DNA from: Saprospiraceae bacterium
GTDB taxonomy: Bacteria > Bacteroidota > Bacteroidia > Chitinophagales > Saprospiraceae
NCBI GenBank assembly: GCA_020437105.1
Contig: JAGQWR010000071.1
Coordinates: 463 to 64,462 of the forward strand
Reading direction: 5' to 3'
DNA length: 64,000 nucleotides
A model generated the notes under the pieces. It saw only the letters and a list, made by a program, of their open reading frames with translations, searched no databases and was not told the origin of the DNA. This document shows, piece by piece, positions 36,393 through 47,400 of the stretch. Numbering within the stretch: position 1 is the stretch's first letter; the number at the start of each line of letters is the position of its first letter. The translations under genes were made by a program, and so were the position numbers.

Positions 36393-38099
36393 ATGACCAA
36401 TTTTTCCTTAAGCTACTTAGACATTGGAATCATGGTGGGTTATGCCATCCTGATCATTGCCTATGGTCTGTACCATGGTAAGCGGAAGAATTCGGAGGAA
36501 TACTTCCTGGCAGGACGTAATATGGTCTGGCCAATTGTAGGTATCTCCTTATTTGCGGCTAATATATCCAGTTCAACCCTGGTAGGTCTTGCAAGTAGCG
36601 CTTATGAAACCGATACCCATGTCTTCAATTATGAGTGGTTGGCGGCTGTCGTATTGATCTTTTTTGCCATTTTCTTCCTGCCTTTTTACCTCAAATCGAA
36701 GGTTTATACGATGCCGGAATTTCTGGAACGCAGATATGATCAACGATCCCGGTATTACTTTTCCTTTATCACTATTGTGGGGAATGTTTTGATCGACACT
36801 GCCGCGGGTTTATATGTTGGAAATATCGTTTTAAAACTGATGTTCCCGGAAATCCCGGGAGCCGTGATCATTATCGTTTTGGCTTTTGCTGCAGCGGCAT
36901 ACACCATTCCGGGTGGTTTGAATTCCGTTATTCAAACAGAGGTGGTACAGGCCATTCTGTTGATTCTGGGGTCCTGTCTGATCACTTACTATGCTTTTGC
37001 TGAAGTAGGCGGATGGAGTGGCTTGATTGCCGGTTTGGATGCCAAAGCTGCTGCCGGAGAATTTGTGCAGGAGAAAAGCGGGATCATGCTTAAATCAGCC
37101 GAGGAAGTGCTTAGTCTGGTCAGGCCCGCCAACGACGACTTTATGCCCTGGACCGGACTACTTTTTGGCGCTCCAATCCTGGGCTTTTACTTTTGGGCAA
37201 ATAACCAGTTTATGGTACAGCGGGTATTAGGTGCTAAGGACCTGAACCATGGTCGTTGGGGTGCGCTTTTTGCCGGTCTGCTAAAATTACCTGTTTTATT
37301 TATTATGGTCTTGCCGGGCACCTGTGCCATTCTGATGTTTGCAGACCTGGATCTAAGCAGCATGAATTATGCCTTGCCCGACGGATCGATCTGTCAGGAT
37401 CTGGCTGATTGTCCGAATGCAACCTATCCGTTACTTCTCTTTAACCTCTTGCCTACGGGGGCATTAGGTTTGGTATTAGCCGGATTACTTGCGGCCATGA
37501 TGTCTAGCGTTTCTGCCACCTTCAACTCTGCTTCTACCCTGGTAACGATGGATTTTGTTCGGAAGTTACGGCCGGAAATGACCAGTCAGCAATTGGTACG
37601 GGCGGGGCAGATTACGACACTTGTTTTGGTGGTACTCGCTTCTGCATGGGCACCACAAATCGAAAAATTTGGTTCCTTGTGGGAGTACCTGCAAGATATC
37701 CTGAGTTATATTGCACCTCCGGTTGCAGCCACATTTATATTGGGACTTTTCTGGAAACGGGCCACAGGTACAGGCTCTATTGCCTGCCTGTTATTTGGTT
37801 TTGTTTTCTCTATTTTTGCTGTGTTGTCAAAAACGTTTGACTGGGTAGAACCCTTAAATAACATGCACTTTCTGCACCGTACCTTCTTCCTGTTTATGGC
37901 ATCCATCCTGGTAAACTTTTTGGTTAGTTTGGGTACAAAAGTTGCAAGTGCCGATCAAATTGAACAATACACCTGGAAGAAGCAAATGTTTATAGAAGAA
38001 ACAGAAGAGCTAAAAGCGCTTCCCTGGTACAAAAATTATCGCTACCTCTCAATTGGTTTATTGATCCTCACCGCGCTGCTGGTAGGTTATTTCTGGTAA
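36393..38099 (+). CDS. Sodium:solute symporter (SGLT-type SSS family)
   Basis: The start is taken at MTNFSLSYLDIGIMVGYA (36393). Contains EEYFLAGRNMVWPIVGISLFAANISSSTLVG and YTMPEFLERRYD, which are SSS motifs. 14 TM-like segments are present. Confidence 0.85.
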   Translation: MTNFSLSYLDIGIMVGYAILIIAYGLYHGKRKNSEEYFLAGRNMVWPIVGISLFAANISSSTLVGLASSAYETDTHVFNYEWLAAVVLIFFAIFFLPFYLKSKVYTMPEFLERRYDQRSRYYFSFITIVGNVLIDTAAGLYVGNIVLKLMFPEIPGAVIIIVLAFAAAAYTIPGGLNSVIQTEVVQAILLILGSCLITYYAFAEVGGWSGLIAGLDAKAAAGEFVQEKSGIMLKSAEEVLSLVRPANDDFMPWTGLLFGAPILGFYFWANNQFMVQRVLGAKDLNHGRWGALFAGLLKLPVLFIMVLPGTCAILMFADLDLSSMNYALPDGSICQDLADCPNATYPLLLFNLLPTGALGLVLAGLLAAMMSSVSATFNSASTLVTMDFVRKLRPEMTSQQLVRAGQITTLVLVVLASAWAPQIEKFGSLWEYLQDILSYIAPPVAATFILGLFWKRATGTGSIACLLFGFVFSIFAVLSKTFDWVEPLNNMHFLHRTFFLFMASILVNFLVSLGTKVASADQIEQYTWKKQMFIEETEELKALPWYKNYRYLSIGLLILTALLVGYFW

Positions 38100-38120
38100 G
38101 CCAGTCAGGTCCTGAAAAAG

Positions 38121-38151
38121 AAGCCGATCCACCACCCTGGGTCGGCTTTTT
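38121..38151 (+). terminator. Intrinsic terminator of the SSS symporter gene
   Basis: aagccgatcc / gggtcggctt (one G-U) followed by a T-run. Confidence 0.7.
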
Positions 38152-38183
38152 AATTAAAATAGTATTAGAGCTCCTTATTTTTC

Positions 38184-38191
38184 TATTTTTG
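38184..38191 (+). promoter_or_regulatory. -7 promoter box TATTTTTG
   Basis: Exact TAnnTTTG, 42 nt upstream of the ABC ATPase ATG. Confidence 0.5.
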
Positions 38192-38232
38192 AGGCACTTC
38201 AAACCGTTTCAGTTTTCCAAGTTGGACCAAAA

Positions 38233-38889
38233 ATGATAAAAGCTACAAATATCCATAAGCAATATGGCGACCTTCATGTCTTGCGGGGCGTGGACCTTCA
38301 GATTAAAAAAGGTGAAGTTGTTTCTATTGTTGGAAAGTCAGGTGCAGGCAAAAGTACCCTGCTACACATATTAGGCACGATCGACAGTCCGAACGAAGGT
38401 ACAGTCTGGCTTAATGAAACGGATATTTTCAAATTGAAAACGAATAAGCTGGCAGCCTACCGGAACGAACACATCGGATTTGTGTTTCAATTTCATCATC
38501 TCCTACCCGAGTTTACAGCTCTTGAAAATGTTTGTATTCCTGCTTTTATAGGGAAGAAGAGTCCGGCTTACGCCGAAAAAAAGGCGATGGAACTGTTGGA
38601 TTACCTGGGTTTGGCCGATCGCATAACACACAAACCAAGTCAGCTTTCCGGCGGAGAACAACAACGCGTAGCTGTAGCCCGCGCACTCGTCAATAATCCG
38701 GAAGTTGTGTTTGCTGACGAGCCATCCGGCAACCTTGATTCAGCATCTTCCAAAGAATTACATCAGCTGATTTTTCGTTTACGGGATGATTTCGATCAAA
38801 CATTTGTCATCGTTACGCACAATGAGGAGCTTGCTCAAATGAGTGACCGCAGATTAGAAATGGTTGACGGTCGTTTATTGGCAGATTAA
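38233..38889 (+). CDS. ABC transporter ATP-binding protein (LolD/MacB-type)
   Basis: 218 aa. The Walker A is GKSGAGKST, the signature is [15 protein letters not shown] and the Walker B is VVFADEP. No permease gene lies adjacent. Confidence 0.85.
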   Translation: MIKATNIHKQYGDLHVLRGVDLQIKKGEVVSIVGKSGAGKSTLLHILGTIDSPNEGTVWLNETDIFKLKTNKLAAYRNEHIGFVFQFHHLLPEFTALENVCIPAFIGKKSPAYAEKKAMELLDYLGLADRITHKPSQLSGGEQQRVAVARALVNNPEVVFADEPSGNLDSASSKELHQLIFRLRDDFDQTFVIVTHNEELAQMSDRRLEMVDGRLLAD

Positions 38890-40322
38890 TTCCATATTTC
38901 GCTACGTACAATAGCGTTTGGATAATCATTCCCCAAAATGACATGCCAATTTTCCTGTTCCGGTGTACTCAGGGTATCCGGAATATGTATCTTTTCGGCA
39001 GGTAATTCCGCCAACTCCGGAAGCCAGGTTTTAATGTACTCTCCCTTCGAGTCATACCGACGGGCCTGATTCAGTATATTGAAGTAACGATCTTCGCGGG
39101 GATCACTCCCTACACCGGCCAGGTAATTCCAATTCCCCCAATTGCTCATCACGTCATAATCAATGAGCAGCGATTCAAAGTATTCTGCTCCCATTTGCCA
39201 ATTTACCTTCAAATCCTTGATCAGAAAGGAGGCCACATTTTGCCTTCCCCTATTCGACATAAATCCGGTCGTATTAATTTCCTTCATATTGGCATCTATA
39301 AATGGAATTCCTGTCTGGCCAGTCATCCATAATTGCATACGATCCCAATCCTCTTCCAACGGCGAATCAGTTAGCCCTTTAGTACCACCTTTAAGAAAAA
39401 TCGAATCCCCGTACTTTTTACCCATTAATCGGAAAAAATCTCGCCACAATAGCTCTACAAAAATCCAATAGGTAGATTCATTTGCACCCTGTTCAGCTTC
39501 GTAGGCCTTAAGCTCTGAATAGATCAACTTCGGAGAAAGGCAGCCCATGGCCAACCAGGGAGAAAATTTAGTGGAATAATCTCCACCTAACATGCCATTT
39601 CGGGTTTCTTTATAGCTTGCTGCCAGGTTGGATTCCCATAAATAATATTGTAAGCGTTTAAGCCCTTCCCGTTCTCCTCCCTTAAAAGAAAGTGTGGCAC
39701 GGGAATCCCATTCAAAATACTCATGCCCGAAATCTTCCAGTGTTGGCATGTCTCCTGCCTCCATCTTGGAGCTCAAACGCGGCACCGCTAGTGGCGTCTC
39801 CATGGGCATCCGAACGCTTACCACCCGTTCCACTTCTTTTCTAAACTGTGTAAAAACGTCTGGTGTGTGGGTAATCGGGAAAGGCAAATCTGAAGTATAA
39901 TAGAGCATTTTACCCCGCGTATAACGCATTTCCTGACCAATGGTCCAGAGCTTTCGTTCCAGCGCGTCCTGCACATCTACTTCTTCCCGGGTTCGTTCTC
40001 TATTGCAGAAAACCCAGCTGGTTTTATAGGTATTGGCAATATCAAAAAGAATTTCCTCCGGCTTGCCTATCCGGATATACAATTCACTTCCCAGGGCTCG
40101 GAGTGAATCACGTAAATCAGCGACACTCTCCAAAATAAAGCGGGTGCGAAATTTGCCTGTTTTTTGGAATCCAAAGTTGGTTTTTCCCAGCAGGGTCCTG
40201 GGATCAAAAATAAAAACAGGAATGACTTCTTCCGAATTTCCCAGAGCCTGGCAGAGCGCTTCATTATCATGTATTCGCAAATCCTGCCGAAACCAAATAA
40301 TTGACCTTTTAGGCTGATGCAT
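38886..40322 (-). CDS. Cryptochrome DASH / photolyase family protein
   Basis: 478 aa. Contains [21 protein letters not shown] and [15 protein letters not shown]. Confidence 0.85.
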   Translation of the reverse strand: MHQPKRSIIWFRQDLRIHDNEALCQALGNSEEVIPVFIFDPRTLLGKTNFGFQKTGKFRTRFILESVADLRDSLRALGSELYIRIGKPEEILFDIANTYKTSWVFCNRERTREEVDVQDALERKLWTIGQEMRYTRGKMLYYTSDLPFPITHTPDVFTQFRKEVERVVSVRMPMETPLAVPRLSSKMEAGDMPTLEDFGHEYFEWDSRATLSFKGGEREGLKRLQYYLWESNLAASYKETRNGMLGGDYSTKFSPWLAMGCLSPKLIYSELKAYEAEQGANESTYWIFVELLWRDFFRLMGKKYGDSIFLKGGTKGLTDSPLEEDWDRMQLWMTGQTGIPFIDANMKEINTTGFMSNRGRQNVASFLIKDLKVNWQMGAEYFESLLIDYDVMSNWGNWNYLAGVGSDPREDRYFNILNQARRYDSKGEYIKTWLPELAELPAEKIHIPDTLSTPEQENWHVILGNDYPNAIVRSEIWN

Positions 40323-40546
40323 ACAGATTATTTCAATAAATCAAGCGAAATACTCGATTTCCGGGGTGTTCATTTAACAATAGCAGAGCCAGAATGTTTC
40401 TGAAGTGCGCTATTATCGGGTATAAAACCATCCTGGAACCGCCTATGTCTTTCAAAACAAAGTTACCAAAAGCTTAGGATACTAAACTATTGATTCCCAC
40501 ATGGTTAAAAAATCAAAATTAGGTCGTCTAATTGTTTGGCAGCTTA

Positions 40547-40554
40547 TATCTTTG
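40547..40554 (+). promoter_or_regulatory. -7 promoter box TATCTTTG
   Basis: Exact TAnnTTTG, 15 nt upstream of the ATG at 40569. This supports the shorter start. Confidence 0.5.
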
Positions 40555-40568
40555 CGAAAAATTTCCTT

Positions 40569-41063
40569 ATGAAAAAATTACTTTTCCTTTTGGCACTTGC
40601 TTCTTTTGCTGCATTTAGTTCATGTGGTGGCGAGGCCGGTTCTCAGAATGGCAAATTAAGTCCTGAAGAACAGATTACGGAGGAAACCACCCTCTACGAT
40701 GAGATCATCGCTACCCATGATAAGTTGATGTTGGACATGATCACGATCCGAAATATGAGTAAGGCGCTCGAAAAACGGTCGGCCGAAGTTACTGAAGATG
40801 AAGGGTCAAACATTAAGTTAACCCTTGGTTTACTTGGTGAGGCTGAAGAATCAATGATGAGTTGGATGCAGGAACTTGGTCCTGCGAATCCACAAACGCT
40901 CCGGGCATCAGCCAGCCATGATGAAATTATGCAAGCCCTGGCGATCCAGGAAGAAAATGCCGCTGTTGTTGGCAAAAAAATCAATGACGCTGTTGCCCAG
41001 GCTTCTAACCTGTTAAAGAAATTATCTTCTGAAAACGGAATCAATCTTTCTCCTTCGAAATAA
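40569..41063 (+). CDS. Helical lipoprotein with Met/His-rich motifs, function unknown
   Basis: The start is MKKLLFLLALASFAAFSSCGG (lipobox). The motifs are HDKLMLDM, MMSWM and HDEIM. It lies 13 nt upstream of the SCO gene. Confidence 0.6.
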   Translation: MKKLLFLLALASFAAFSSCGGEAGSQNGKLSPEEQITEETTLYDEIIATHDKLMLDMITIRNMSKALEKRSAEVTEDEGSNIKLTLGLLGEAEESMMSWMQELGPANPQTLRASASHDEIMQALAIQEENAAVVGKKINDAVAQASNLLKKLSSENGINLSPSK

Positions 41064-41076
41064 TTAAGAAGCTTCT

Positions 41077-41718
41077 ATGAATTGTTTCAAATCCGGGTAT
41101 TTTCTTCTGGTTTTGCTACTGGCGGGCCTGCTTAGCTCTTGCAGTGAAACCGAGACACCTTTGCCAATTTTGGGCAATCGGGATGTAGTAAACGGAGATA
41201 CAATATACCCGACCATTCCCGATTTTGAGTTTATCAATCAGGATAGCCAACTCGTTACTAATGCGACTTTTGCGGGAAAAGTATATGTTGTCGATTTCTT
41301 CTTTATTTCCTGCCCGAGCATTTGTCCCGGTGTAACCAAACAAATGCTAAAGGTACACGACCATTTTTTGAAGGACGACCGTGTACTGTTAATGGCACAT
41401 ACCATTGACACCAAACACGACACGATTCCTCGTCTTAAGGCTTACGCCGAAAATCTGGGTGCCAATCCGGAAAAATGGCACTTTGTTACTGGCCCGAAAG
41501 ACGAGATCTTTGATATTGCGGATGACTATTTCAGCGTGGCAGTAGAAAATCCGGATTCACCTGGTGGCTTTGATCACAGCGGTCGATTGATTTTGGTGGA
41601 TAAAAACCGCCACGTGCGCTCCTTTTGTGATGGAACAAATCCGGAGGATGTGGATCGATTCATTGAAGATATCGAGCTGTTGCTAAAAATGGAATACCCG
41701 GCCCCGGCCGCTCAGTAA
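41077..41718 (+). CDS. SCO1/SenC family copper chaperone (thioredoxin fold) lipoprotein
   Basis: The lipobox is LLSSCSE. Contains FFFISCPSICPGVTKQM (CxxxC) and the downstream FDHSGRLILVD His motif. Confidence 0.85.
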   Translation: MNCFKSGYFLLVLLLAGLLSSCSETETPLPILGNRDVVNGDTIYPTIPDFEFINQDSQLVTNATFAGKVYVVDFFFISCPSICPGVTKQMLKVHDHFLKDDRVLLMAHTIDTKHDTIPRLKAYAENLGANPEKWHFVTGPKDEIFDIADDYFSVAVENPDSPGGFDHSGRLILVDKNRHVRSFCDGTNPEDVDRFIEDIELLLKMEYPAPAAQ

Positions 41719-42905
41719 TCCATTGCATTGGTACGAATCAGCTGCTCTTGCTCCCTGGTCAGGAAATCACAGCATTTTCTGGCCAGGGAAACAGAGATGC
41801 CCAAATCAGTCTGGAGATTGATCACATGGGCACTCAAAAATTCGGCTGTCGGGTTTTCTCCGTACGGATAACACCATTCTTCAAAATTTGACTGTATAGG
41901 ATGAATGGGACTCAACATCCAATCGCCCAATGGTATTTTTGCTTCTTCTGCTTTCCGGAAAATATAGTCCCGGTCCCGAACCAGCACCGGATACTTAATA
42001 AAAGTGTGGCTTGCATATTCAGGTACGGAAATCGCCGGATAACCCAGTTTCTTCAGACAATCCGAATAAATAGCTGCTATTTTCAGTCGGTGTGCGTAAT
42101 TTTCCGGCCAATTTTCCAAAGCCTTTAAACCTGTACGCTTCTGCACTGCGCCCATTCCTGTCAGGTAATCTGCGGGCATTTGTGCCGAGTCTAATTCTGC
42201 TCCGCTTGAAGATCCGGTAACCCAGCCTTTTTGACTCAGATAGCGATAAATTTTGAGGAGGGTCCAATACAATCCGGGAGTCAATAGATACTTTCGGGCC
42301 AGAATTTGAACTCCCAGGGAGAGCCTTTTTAAAAAGGCAGGTGCAGGCAATTGCTTTTCCCAGTCACGCATGCTAAGCGCCAATGCCTGATCACGACAGG
42401 CAACGATCCCGCCTAAACCGGAAGAAAATGGCTTATTCCACTGAGTAGAAAAAAAGGCAGCATCGGCAATAGTCCCGTTGGGACGCTCCTGGTAAAACCC
42501 GCCAAACCCATGTGTACAATCTTCAACAAGTCGAATCCCAGCCCCATTGGCGAGTGTGGCCAATTTTTCTAAATCCGCCGAAAGGCCAAAGGTATTTTGA
42601 GCTACGATTACTTTTGTTTTGGACGAAATATGGCGCTTCACAGAGTCCACCGCCATATTATAAGTTTCGCTTTCCACATCCGCATAAATGGGCACTGCGC
42701 CCAGATACAGAATGGCATTTGGAACTACTACACAGGTAAAAGCCGGAATGATCACTTCATCCCCGGGACCTACTCCCAGAGCTTTCAATAAGCCATAAAA
42801 TCCGACCCGGCCTTTCCAAAAAAGACTTATTTGTGCGGAAGTGAGCCCCAAAGCTTCTGCAAGGGTACTCCTATATTTTTCATCTATATAATTCATTTCC
42901 GACAA
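41712..42905 (-). CDS. DegT/DnrJ/EryC1/StrS family aminotransferase
   Basis: 397 aa. Contains GDEVIIPAFTCVVVPNAILYLGAVPIYADV and ...FSTQWNKPFSSG (PLP Lys region). Confidence 0.85.
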   Translation of the reverse strand: MSEMNYIDEKYRSTLAEALGLTSAQISLFWKGRVGFYGLLKALGVGPGDEVIIPAFTCVVVPNAILYLGAVPIYADVESETYNMAVDSVKRHISSKTKVIVAQNTFGLSADLEKLATLANGAGIRLVEDCTHGFGGFYQERPNGTIADAAFFSTQWNKPFSSGLGGIVACRDQALALSMRDWEKQLPAPAFLKRLSLGVQILARKYLLTPGLYWTLLKIYRYLSQKGWVTGSSSGAELDSAQMPADYLTGMGAVQKRTGLKALENWPENYAHRLKIAAIYSDCLKKLGYPAISVPEYASHTFIKYPVLVRDRDYIFRKAEEAKIPLGDWMLSPIHPIQSNFEEWCYPYGENPTAEFLSAHVINLQTDLGISVSLARKCCDFLTREQEQLIRTNAMDY

Positions 42906-43051
42906 ACAATGTAAAAAAAATATTATAAACTATTGATAAACAAATGTTTAAATAAAACTAATGAAAAACAAACTTCGTACAAAGTATGTCTTTTGTCCTG
43001 TTTTATCCAAGGAAACTCCCGCATATTTATACTTGTAAAAAAGCATGAATC

Positions 43052-43732
43052 ATGAATGTAACCACCGGACTCTCTTTTCTCAAACAATTTCCTTTGTTTC
43101 AAATTCTCAGTGAAGCTGAATTTGATGAAATAACAAGGAATGCGGAATATCGGGTTTTTCCTAAATACGGACACATCTATTTGGCTGATGATGCTTCCGA
43201 TCAGATCTTCTTTCTATTAAAAGGTGTGGTAAAAGTAGGCACACATTCTGAAGAAGGCCGGGAAGTGATCAAAACGATTTTGCATCCTTCTGCCATGTTT
43301 GGTGAATTAGGGCTCGTTGGGGAGGATGTTCGGCCGGAATTTGCCCGGGCGATGAATCAGGAGGTGCACTGTTATTCTGTACCGGTGGCTGCTTTTCGGG
43401 ATTTGATGCGTTCTAATTTTGAACTATGTCAACGTGTCCTCTCTCTGGTTGGCAGCAGATTGCGGCATACCGAAGATCGGCTTGAAGCCCTCATCTTTAA
43501 GGATGCGCGTACCCGAATCATTGATTTCCTGAAAGAATGTGCCAATAAGCGTGGCCGGAAGGTTGGTTTCGAAATGCTTTTCAAACACTGCCTGACACAA
43601 CAGGACATTGCCAATTTAACTGGTACCTCCCGACAAACCGTTACTTCTGTACTCAATGAACTTCGTAAAGAGAATCTAATATATTTCAACAGGAGAAGCA
43701 TCCTGATCCGGGATATTGCCCGGTTAACGTAA
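43052..43732 (+). CDS. Crp/Fnr family transcriptional regulator
   Basis: 226 aa. It has a cNMP-binding-like N-terminus (FGELGLV) and a C-terminal HTH (LTQQDIANLTGTSRQTVTSVLNELRKENLI). Confidence 0.85.
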   Translation: MNVTTGLSFLKQFPLFQILSEAEFDEITRNAEYRVFPKYGHIYLADDASDQIFFLLKGVVKVGTHSEEGREVIKTILHPSAMFGELGLVGEDVRPEFARAMNQEVHCYSVPVAAFRDLMRSNFELCQRVLSLVGSRLRHTEDRLEALIFKDARTRIIDFLKECANKRGRKVGFEMLFKHCLTQQDIANLTGTSRQTVTSVLNELRKENLIYFNRRSILIRDIARLT

Positions 43733-43751
43733 CCATACTTATTTAAAATGT

Positions 43752-43794
43752 AAAAAAAGAAGCGTGCCCGACGATGGTCAGACACGCTTCTTTC
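43752..43794. terminator. Bidirectional terminator between the Crp and STAS genes
   Basis: agaagcgtg / cacgcttct stem flanked by an A-run and a T-run. Confidence 0.65.
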
Positions 43795-43816
43795 TGTAGT
43801 CAGACTACGTCCTCAA

Positions 43817-44218
43817 TTACTCCTCCAATTCCGTTCCTTCGGCTGGATCTGCGTTCAGTTCGCGCTCCAACTCACCCAGAAAGATAAACTCAATCGAATT
43901 TTGAACGGTAGGCAGAATGGTCACCACCTGACCGATCCGGCTTATTTCGAATAATTTTTCTACAACAGGAGACTTCACTCCTGTTACGACAAAATTTCCA
44001 CCCATTTCTTTCCATATACGATGGGCAGTAAGGATAGCACTTAACCCGGAAGAGTCAATATACTTGACCAGTGAAAGATCTACGATCAGATTCTCTGTTT
44101 CGCGACTGGAAAGCAAAAAGAACTCAGACTTTAGATCAGGTGCTACTACTGTATTCAGATTCTCATCTTCTAATCTGATGATGGAATACCGATCCTGTTT
44201 ATTAATAGAAAATTTCAT
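43817..44218 (-). CDS. STAS domain protein (anti-sigma-factor antagonist, SpoIIAA-like)
   Basis: 133 aa. Contains LIVDLSLVKYIDSSGLSAILTAHR with the conserved phosphorylatable Ser context (DSSG). Confidence 0.8.
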   Translation of the reverse strand: MKFSINKQDRYSIIRLEDENLNTVVAPDLKSEFFLLSSRETENLIVDLSLVKYIDSSGLSAILTAHRIWKEMGGNFVVTGVKSPVVEKLFEISRIGQVVTILPTVQNSIEFIFLGELERELNADPAEGTELEE

Positions 44219-44246
44219 GTCATTCCTTTTTTAATCGAAAACGATA

Positions 44247-44254
44247 CAAATGTA
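44247..44254 (-). promoter_or_regulatory. -7 promoter box TACATTTG for the STAS gene
   Basis: The plus strand reads caaatgta, an exact TAnnTTTG on the minus strand, 29 nt upstream of the ATG at 44218. Confidence 0.5.
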
Positions 44255-44664
44255 TCAATTAACCAGAAGACTCCAACTATCTTATGACCTGCAAATTTGT
44301 TCCGATTTAAAACCTAAGCTCCTATTCAAGTGTTCAAACTTAGTATAAAACGACTAAAACTGCCGTAATGGCTGTTATTCCGGGAAACCAGGGCCAATTC
44401 GCCGGAAATACCTGACAATAAAGCCAGTTTTTTACGTTTTAAGCACATGGCACAGTTTTTTCAGATTCTTTAGTGATTCGATTTTTCAAATAGTGGATAC
44501 AGTTTTTTTTTTCATTTTTAGTGCAACAACTGTTCCCTATTTCATCAGTCGATCAGTGATATAACAAGCATCCGACATCTTTAACAAATATTAAGTTTCG
44601 GTTGGTTGTAATCTATCACAATTATTCCTATTATTGTTTCGAATGCACGAATCGTCATTATCTT

Positions 44665-47199
44665 ATGAATAGTAGAAAATTTTCTCCCCAGGTAAAGCAA
44701 GTAATCTCGACTAGTCGGGACGAAGCGGTACGGTTGGGACATGACTATATCGGAACGGAACATTTGCTGCTTGGTATTCTCAAAGAGATCAAAAGCCTGG
44801 CTATGCGAGTGCTTTCATCTCTTGATGTGGATGCTGTTGAATTAAAGCAGACCATCGAAGATTCCATCCGGACCGATCGAAGCGGAAGTGCCTCTCTTAA
44901 TGTAGGCAACTTACCGCTCAACAAACAAGCCGAAAAGGTACTTAAAGTCACTTTTCTGGAAGCTAAAATGATGAAAAACGAGGAAATTTCTCCGGAACAC
45001 CTCATGCTTTCCATCCTTAAGCATAAAGAAAATCTGGCTTCTCGTATTCTAAATCAATTTGATGTGGATTACGATATCTATAAGGCAGAGCTTGAATATG
45101 TTCGACAGGAACAGGATTTAAGTACGACTGACCCCTTCCTCAAAGGTGCTTCTGAATCGGAAGATCCGTTTGAAGAGGAAGAATCACCCGAACGCTATCA
45201 GCGAAAAGGTGCCACTAAATCACGTACTCCGGTACTGGATAATTTTGGCCGGGATATTACAAAACTCGCAGAAGAAGATAAGTTGGATCCGATCATTGGT
45301 CGGGAGAATGAAATTGAGCGTGTTTCACAAATCCTCAGTCGTCGGAAAAAGAATAACCCAATCCTTATCGGAGAACCCGGTGTAGGTAAAACGGCTATTG
45401 TAGAAGGACTGGCTCTTCGGATTATTCAGAAAAGAGTAAGCCGCACCCTGTTCAATAAACGGATTGTCATGCTTGACCTTGCGGCCCTGGTTGCAGGAAC
45501 CAAGTATCGTGGACAGTTTGAAGAACGCATGAAGGCCATCATGAACGAGCTGGAAAAATCTCGTGATGTAATCCTTTTTATTGATGAAATCCACACCATT
45601 GTTGGTGCGGGAGGCGCAACAGGTTCGCTGGATGCTTCCAATATTTTCAAACCTGCCCTGGCCAGAGGGGAACTCCAATGTATTGGTGCCTCTACGCTGG
45701 ATGAATATCGGCAACATATTGAAAAAGACGGTGCCTTGGATCGTCGATTCCAAAAGGTAATCGTTGATCCGCCTTCAGCGGAGGAAGCAGTACACATCCT
45801 GCACAATATCAAGCCGAAGTACGAAGAATTCCACCATGTTACTTATTCGGAAGAGGCTATCAAAGCCTGTGTACGATTAAGTGATCGCTATATCACTGAC
45901 CGGTTCCTGCCGGATAAGGCCATTGATGTATTAGACGAAGTTGGGGCCCGTACCCACTTGAAAAATATTCATGTTCCTAAGCATATTGAGACTTTAGAGA
46001 AAAAGATTGAAGAGGTACGGGAGCTCAAGAATAAGGCTGTAAAAGAGCAGCAATATGAACAGGCTGCCGAAATGCGTGATAAGGAATCCCAACTTTTGAA
46101 AAAACTCGATAAGGAGAAAGAAAAGTGGGATGAAGAATCCAAAACCAAACGATACCCGGTAGAAGAGGAGGATATTGCGGAAGTAGTTTCCATGATGACC
46201 GGCATTCCTGTAAACCGGGTGGCTCAGAGTGAGAGCAGAAAGCTTGTCGGAATGGGTAAAGACCTGCAAGATGTTATCATTGGGCAGGATGAAGCAATCT
46301 CCAAGATTGCAAAAGCCATTCAGCGCAATCGGGTCGGACTAAAAGATCCTTCTAAGCCAATTGGTTCGTTTATATTCCTGGGCCCTACTGGAGTAGGTAA
46401 AACCGAACTGGCCAAAGCGCTTGCCAGATACCTGTTTGACTCAGAAGATTCGCTTGTGCGCTTGGATATGAGTGAATACATGGAGAAATTCACGGTGAGC
46501 AGGTTGATTGGAGCACCTCCGGGTTATGTGGGTTATGAAGAAGGTGGACAACTAACCGAAAAAGTTCGTCGGAAACCTTATTCAGTTGTGTTGCTCGATG
46601 AGATCGAAAAAGCACACCCGGATGTTTATAACATTTTGCTTCAGGTACTTGACGATGGGCAGCTGACTGATGGCCTTGGCCGGAAAGTGGACTTCAAGAA
46701 TACACTGATCATTATGACTTCCAATATTGGGGTGCGCCAGCTTAAAGACTTTGGCCAGGGAGTAGGTTTTGCTACTCAGGCTCGGGTTGAAGCAGCTGAA
46801 GATCACACAAAAGGTGTAATTCAAACAGCGTTGAAACGTACATTCTCACCGGAGTTTCTAAACCGGATTGATGATGTAGTAATTTTCAATAGCCTGGATA
46901 GAGAGCACATCTTCCGGATCATTGATATTACCCTTAAAGATCTTTACAAACGTCTGGATCAGATGGAATACAAAATCCAACTATCCGATGAAGCGAAAGA
47001 TTTTGTAGCTGAAAAAGGCTTTGATCCTCAATTTGGAGCTCGTCCGCTAAATCGGGCGGTGCAGAAATATATAGAAGATCCCCTGGCAGAGTTTATCCTA
47101 AGTGAGAACCCGCCGCCTGGTAGTCTGTTGGAAGCTATCATGGAAGAGGATAAAAAAAGTATTAAGATCACACTGGCGGAAGTTAAGACTGACGCTTAA
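44665..47199 (+). CDS. clpC: ATP-dependent Clp protease ATP-binding subunit (ClpC-type AAA+ chaperone)
   Basis: The start is taken at [39 protein letters not shown] (Clp_N repeat). There are two AAA+ modules ([18 protein letters not shown]) and a UVR-like linker. Confidence 0.9.
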   Translation: MNSRKFSPQVKQVISTSRDEAVRLGHDYIGTEHLLLGILKEIKSLAMRVLSSLDVDAVELKQTIEDSIRTDRSGSASLNVGNLPLNKQAEKVLKVTFLEAKMMKNEEISPEHLMLSILKHKENLASRILNQFDVDYDIYKAELEYVRQEQDLSTTDPFLKGASESEDPFEEEESPERYQRKGATKSRTPVLDNFGRDITKLAEEDKLDPIIGRENEIERVSQILSRRKKNNPILIGEPGVGKTAIVEGLALRIIQKRVSRTLFNKRIVMLDLAALVAGTKYRGQFEERMKAIMNELEKSRDVILFIDEIHTIVGAGGATGSLDASNIFKPALARGELQCIGASTLDEYRQHIEKDGALDRRFQKVIVDPPSAEEAVHILHNIKPKYEEFHHVTYSEEAIKACVRLSDRYITDRFLPDKAIDVLDEVGARTHLKNIHVPKHIETLEKKIEEVRELKNKAVKEQQYEQAAEMRDKESQLLKKLDKEKEKWDEESKTKRYPVEEEDIAEVVSMMTGIPVNRVAQSESRKLVGMGKDLQDVIIGQDEAISKIAKAIQRNRVGLKDPSKPIGSFIFLGPTGVGKTELAKALARYLFDSEDSLVRLDMSEYMEKFTVSRLIGAPPGYVGYEEGGQLTEKVRRKPYSVVLLDEIEKAHPDVYNILLQVLDDGQLTDGLGRKVDFKNTLIIMTSNIGVRQLKDFGQGVGFATQARVEAAEDHTKGVIQTALKRTFSPEFLNRIDDVVIFNSLDREHIFRIIDITLKDLYKRLDQMEYKIQLSDEAKDFVAEKGFDPQFGARPLNRAVQKYIEDPLAEFILSENPPPGSLLEAIMEEDKKSIKITLAEVKTDA

Positions 47200-47209
47200 T
47201 ATGATAGAA

Positions 47210-47256
47210 AAAGGTCATCTGGTTCCAAGGGTGGTATCAGATGGCCTTTTTATTTT
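47210..47256 (+). terminator. Intrinsic terminator of clpC
   Basis: aaaggtcatctg / cagatggccttt stem followed by ttatttt. Confidence 0.7.
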
Positions 47257-47400
47257 CCCGAACCACGGGGTTTCAGGTAGTTTTTTGACTTTATGCTGAA
47301 TCCGGAAACTATTTACCAAACATCGTGGTTAAAAAATCAGCTAGTTGCTTTATTACTAAAAAGGTACCTTAGCACATTATTTTAACAAAAGAAAATTCAT

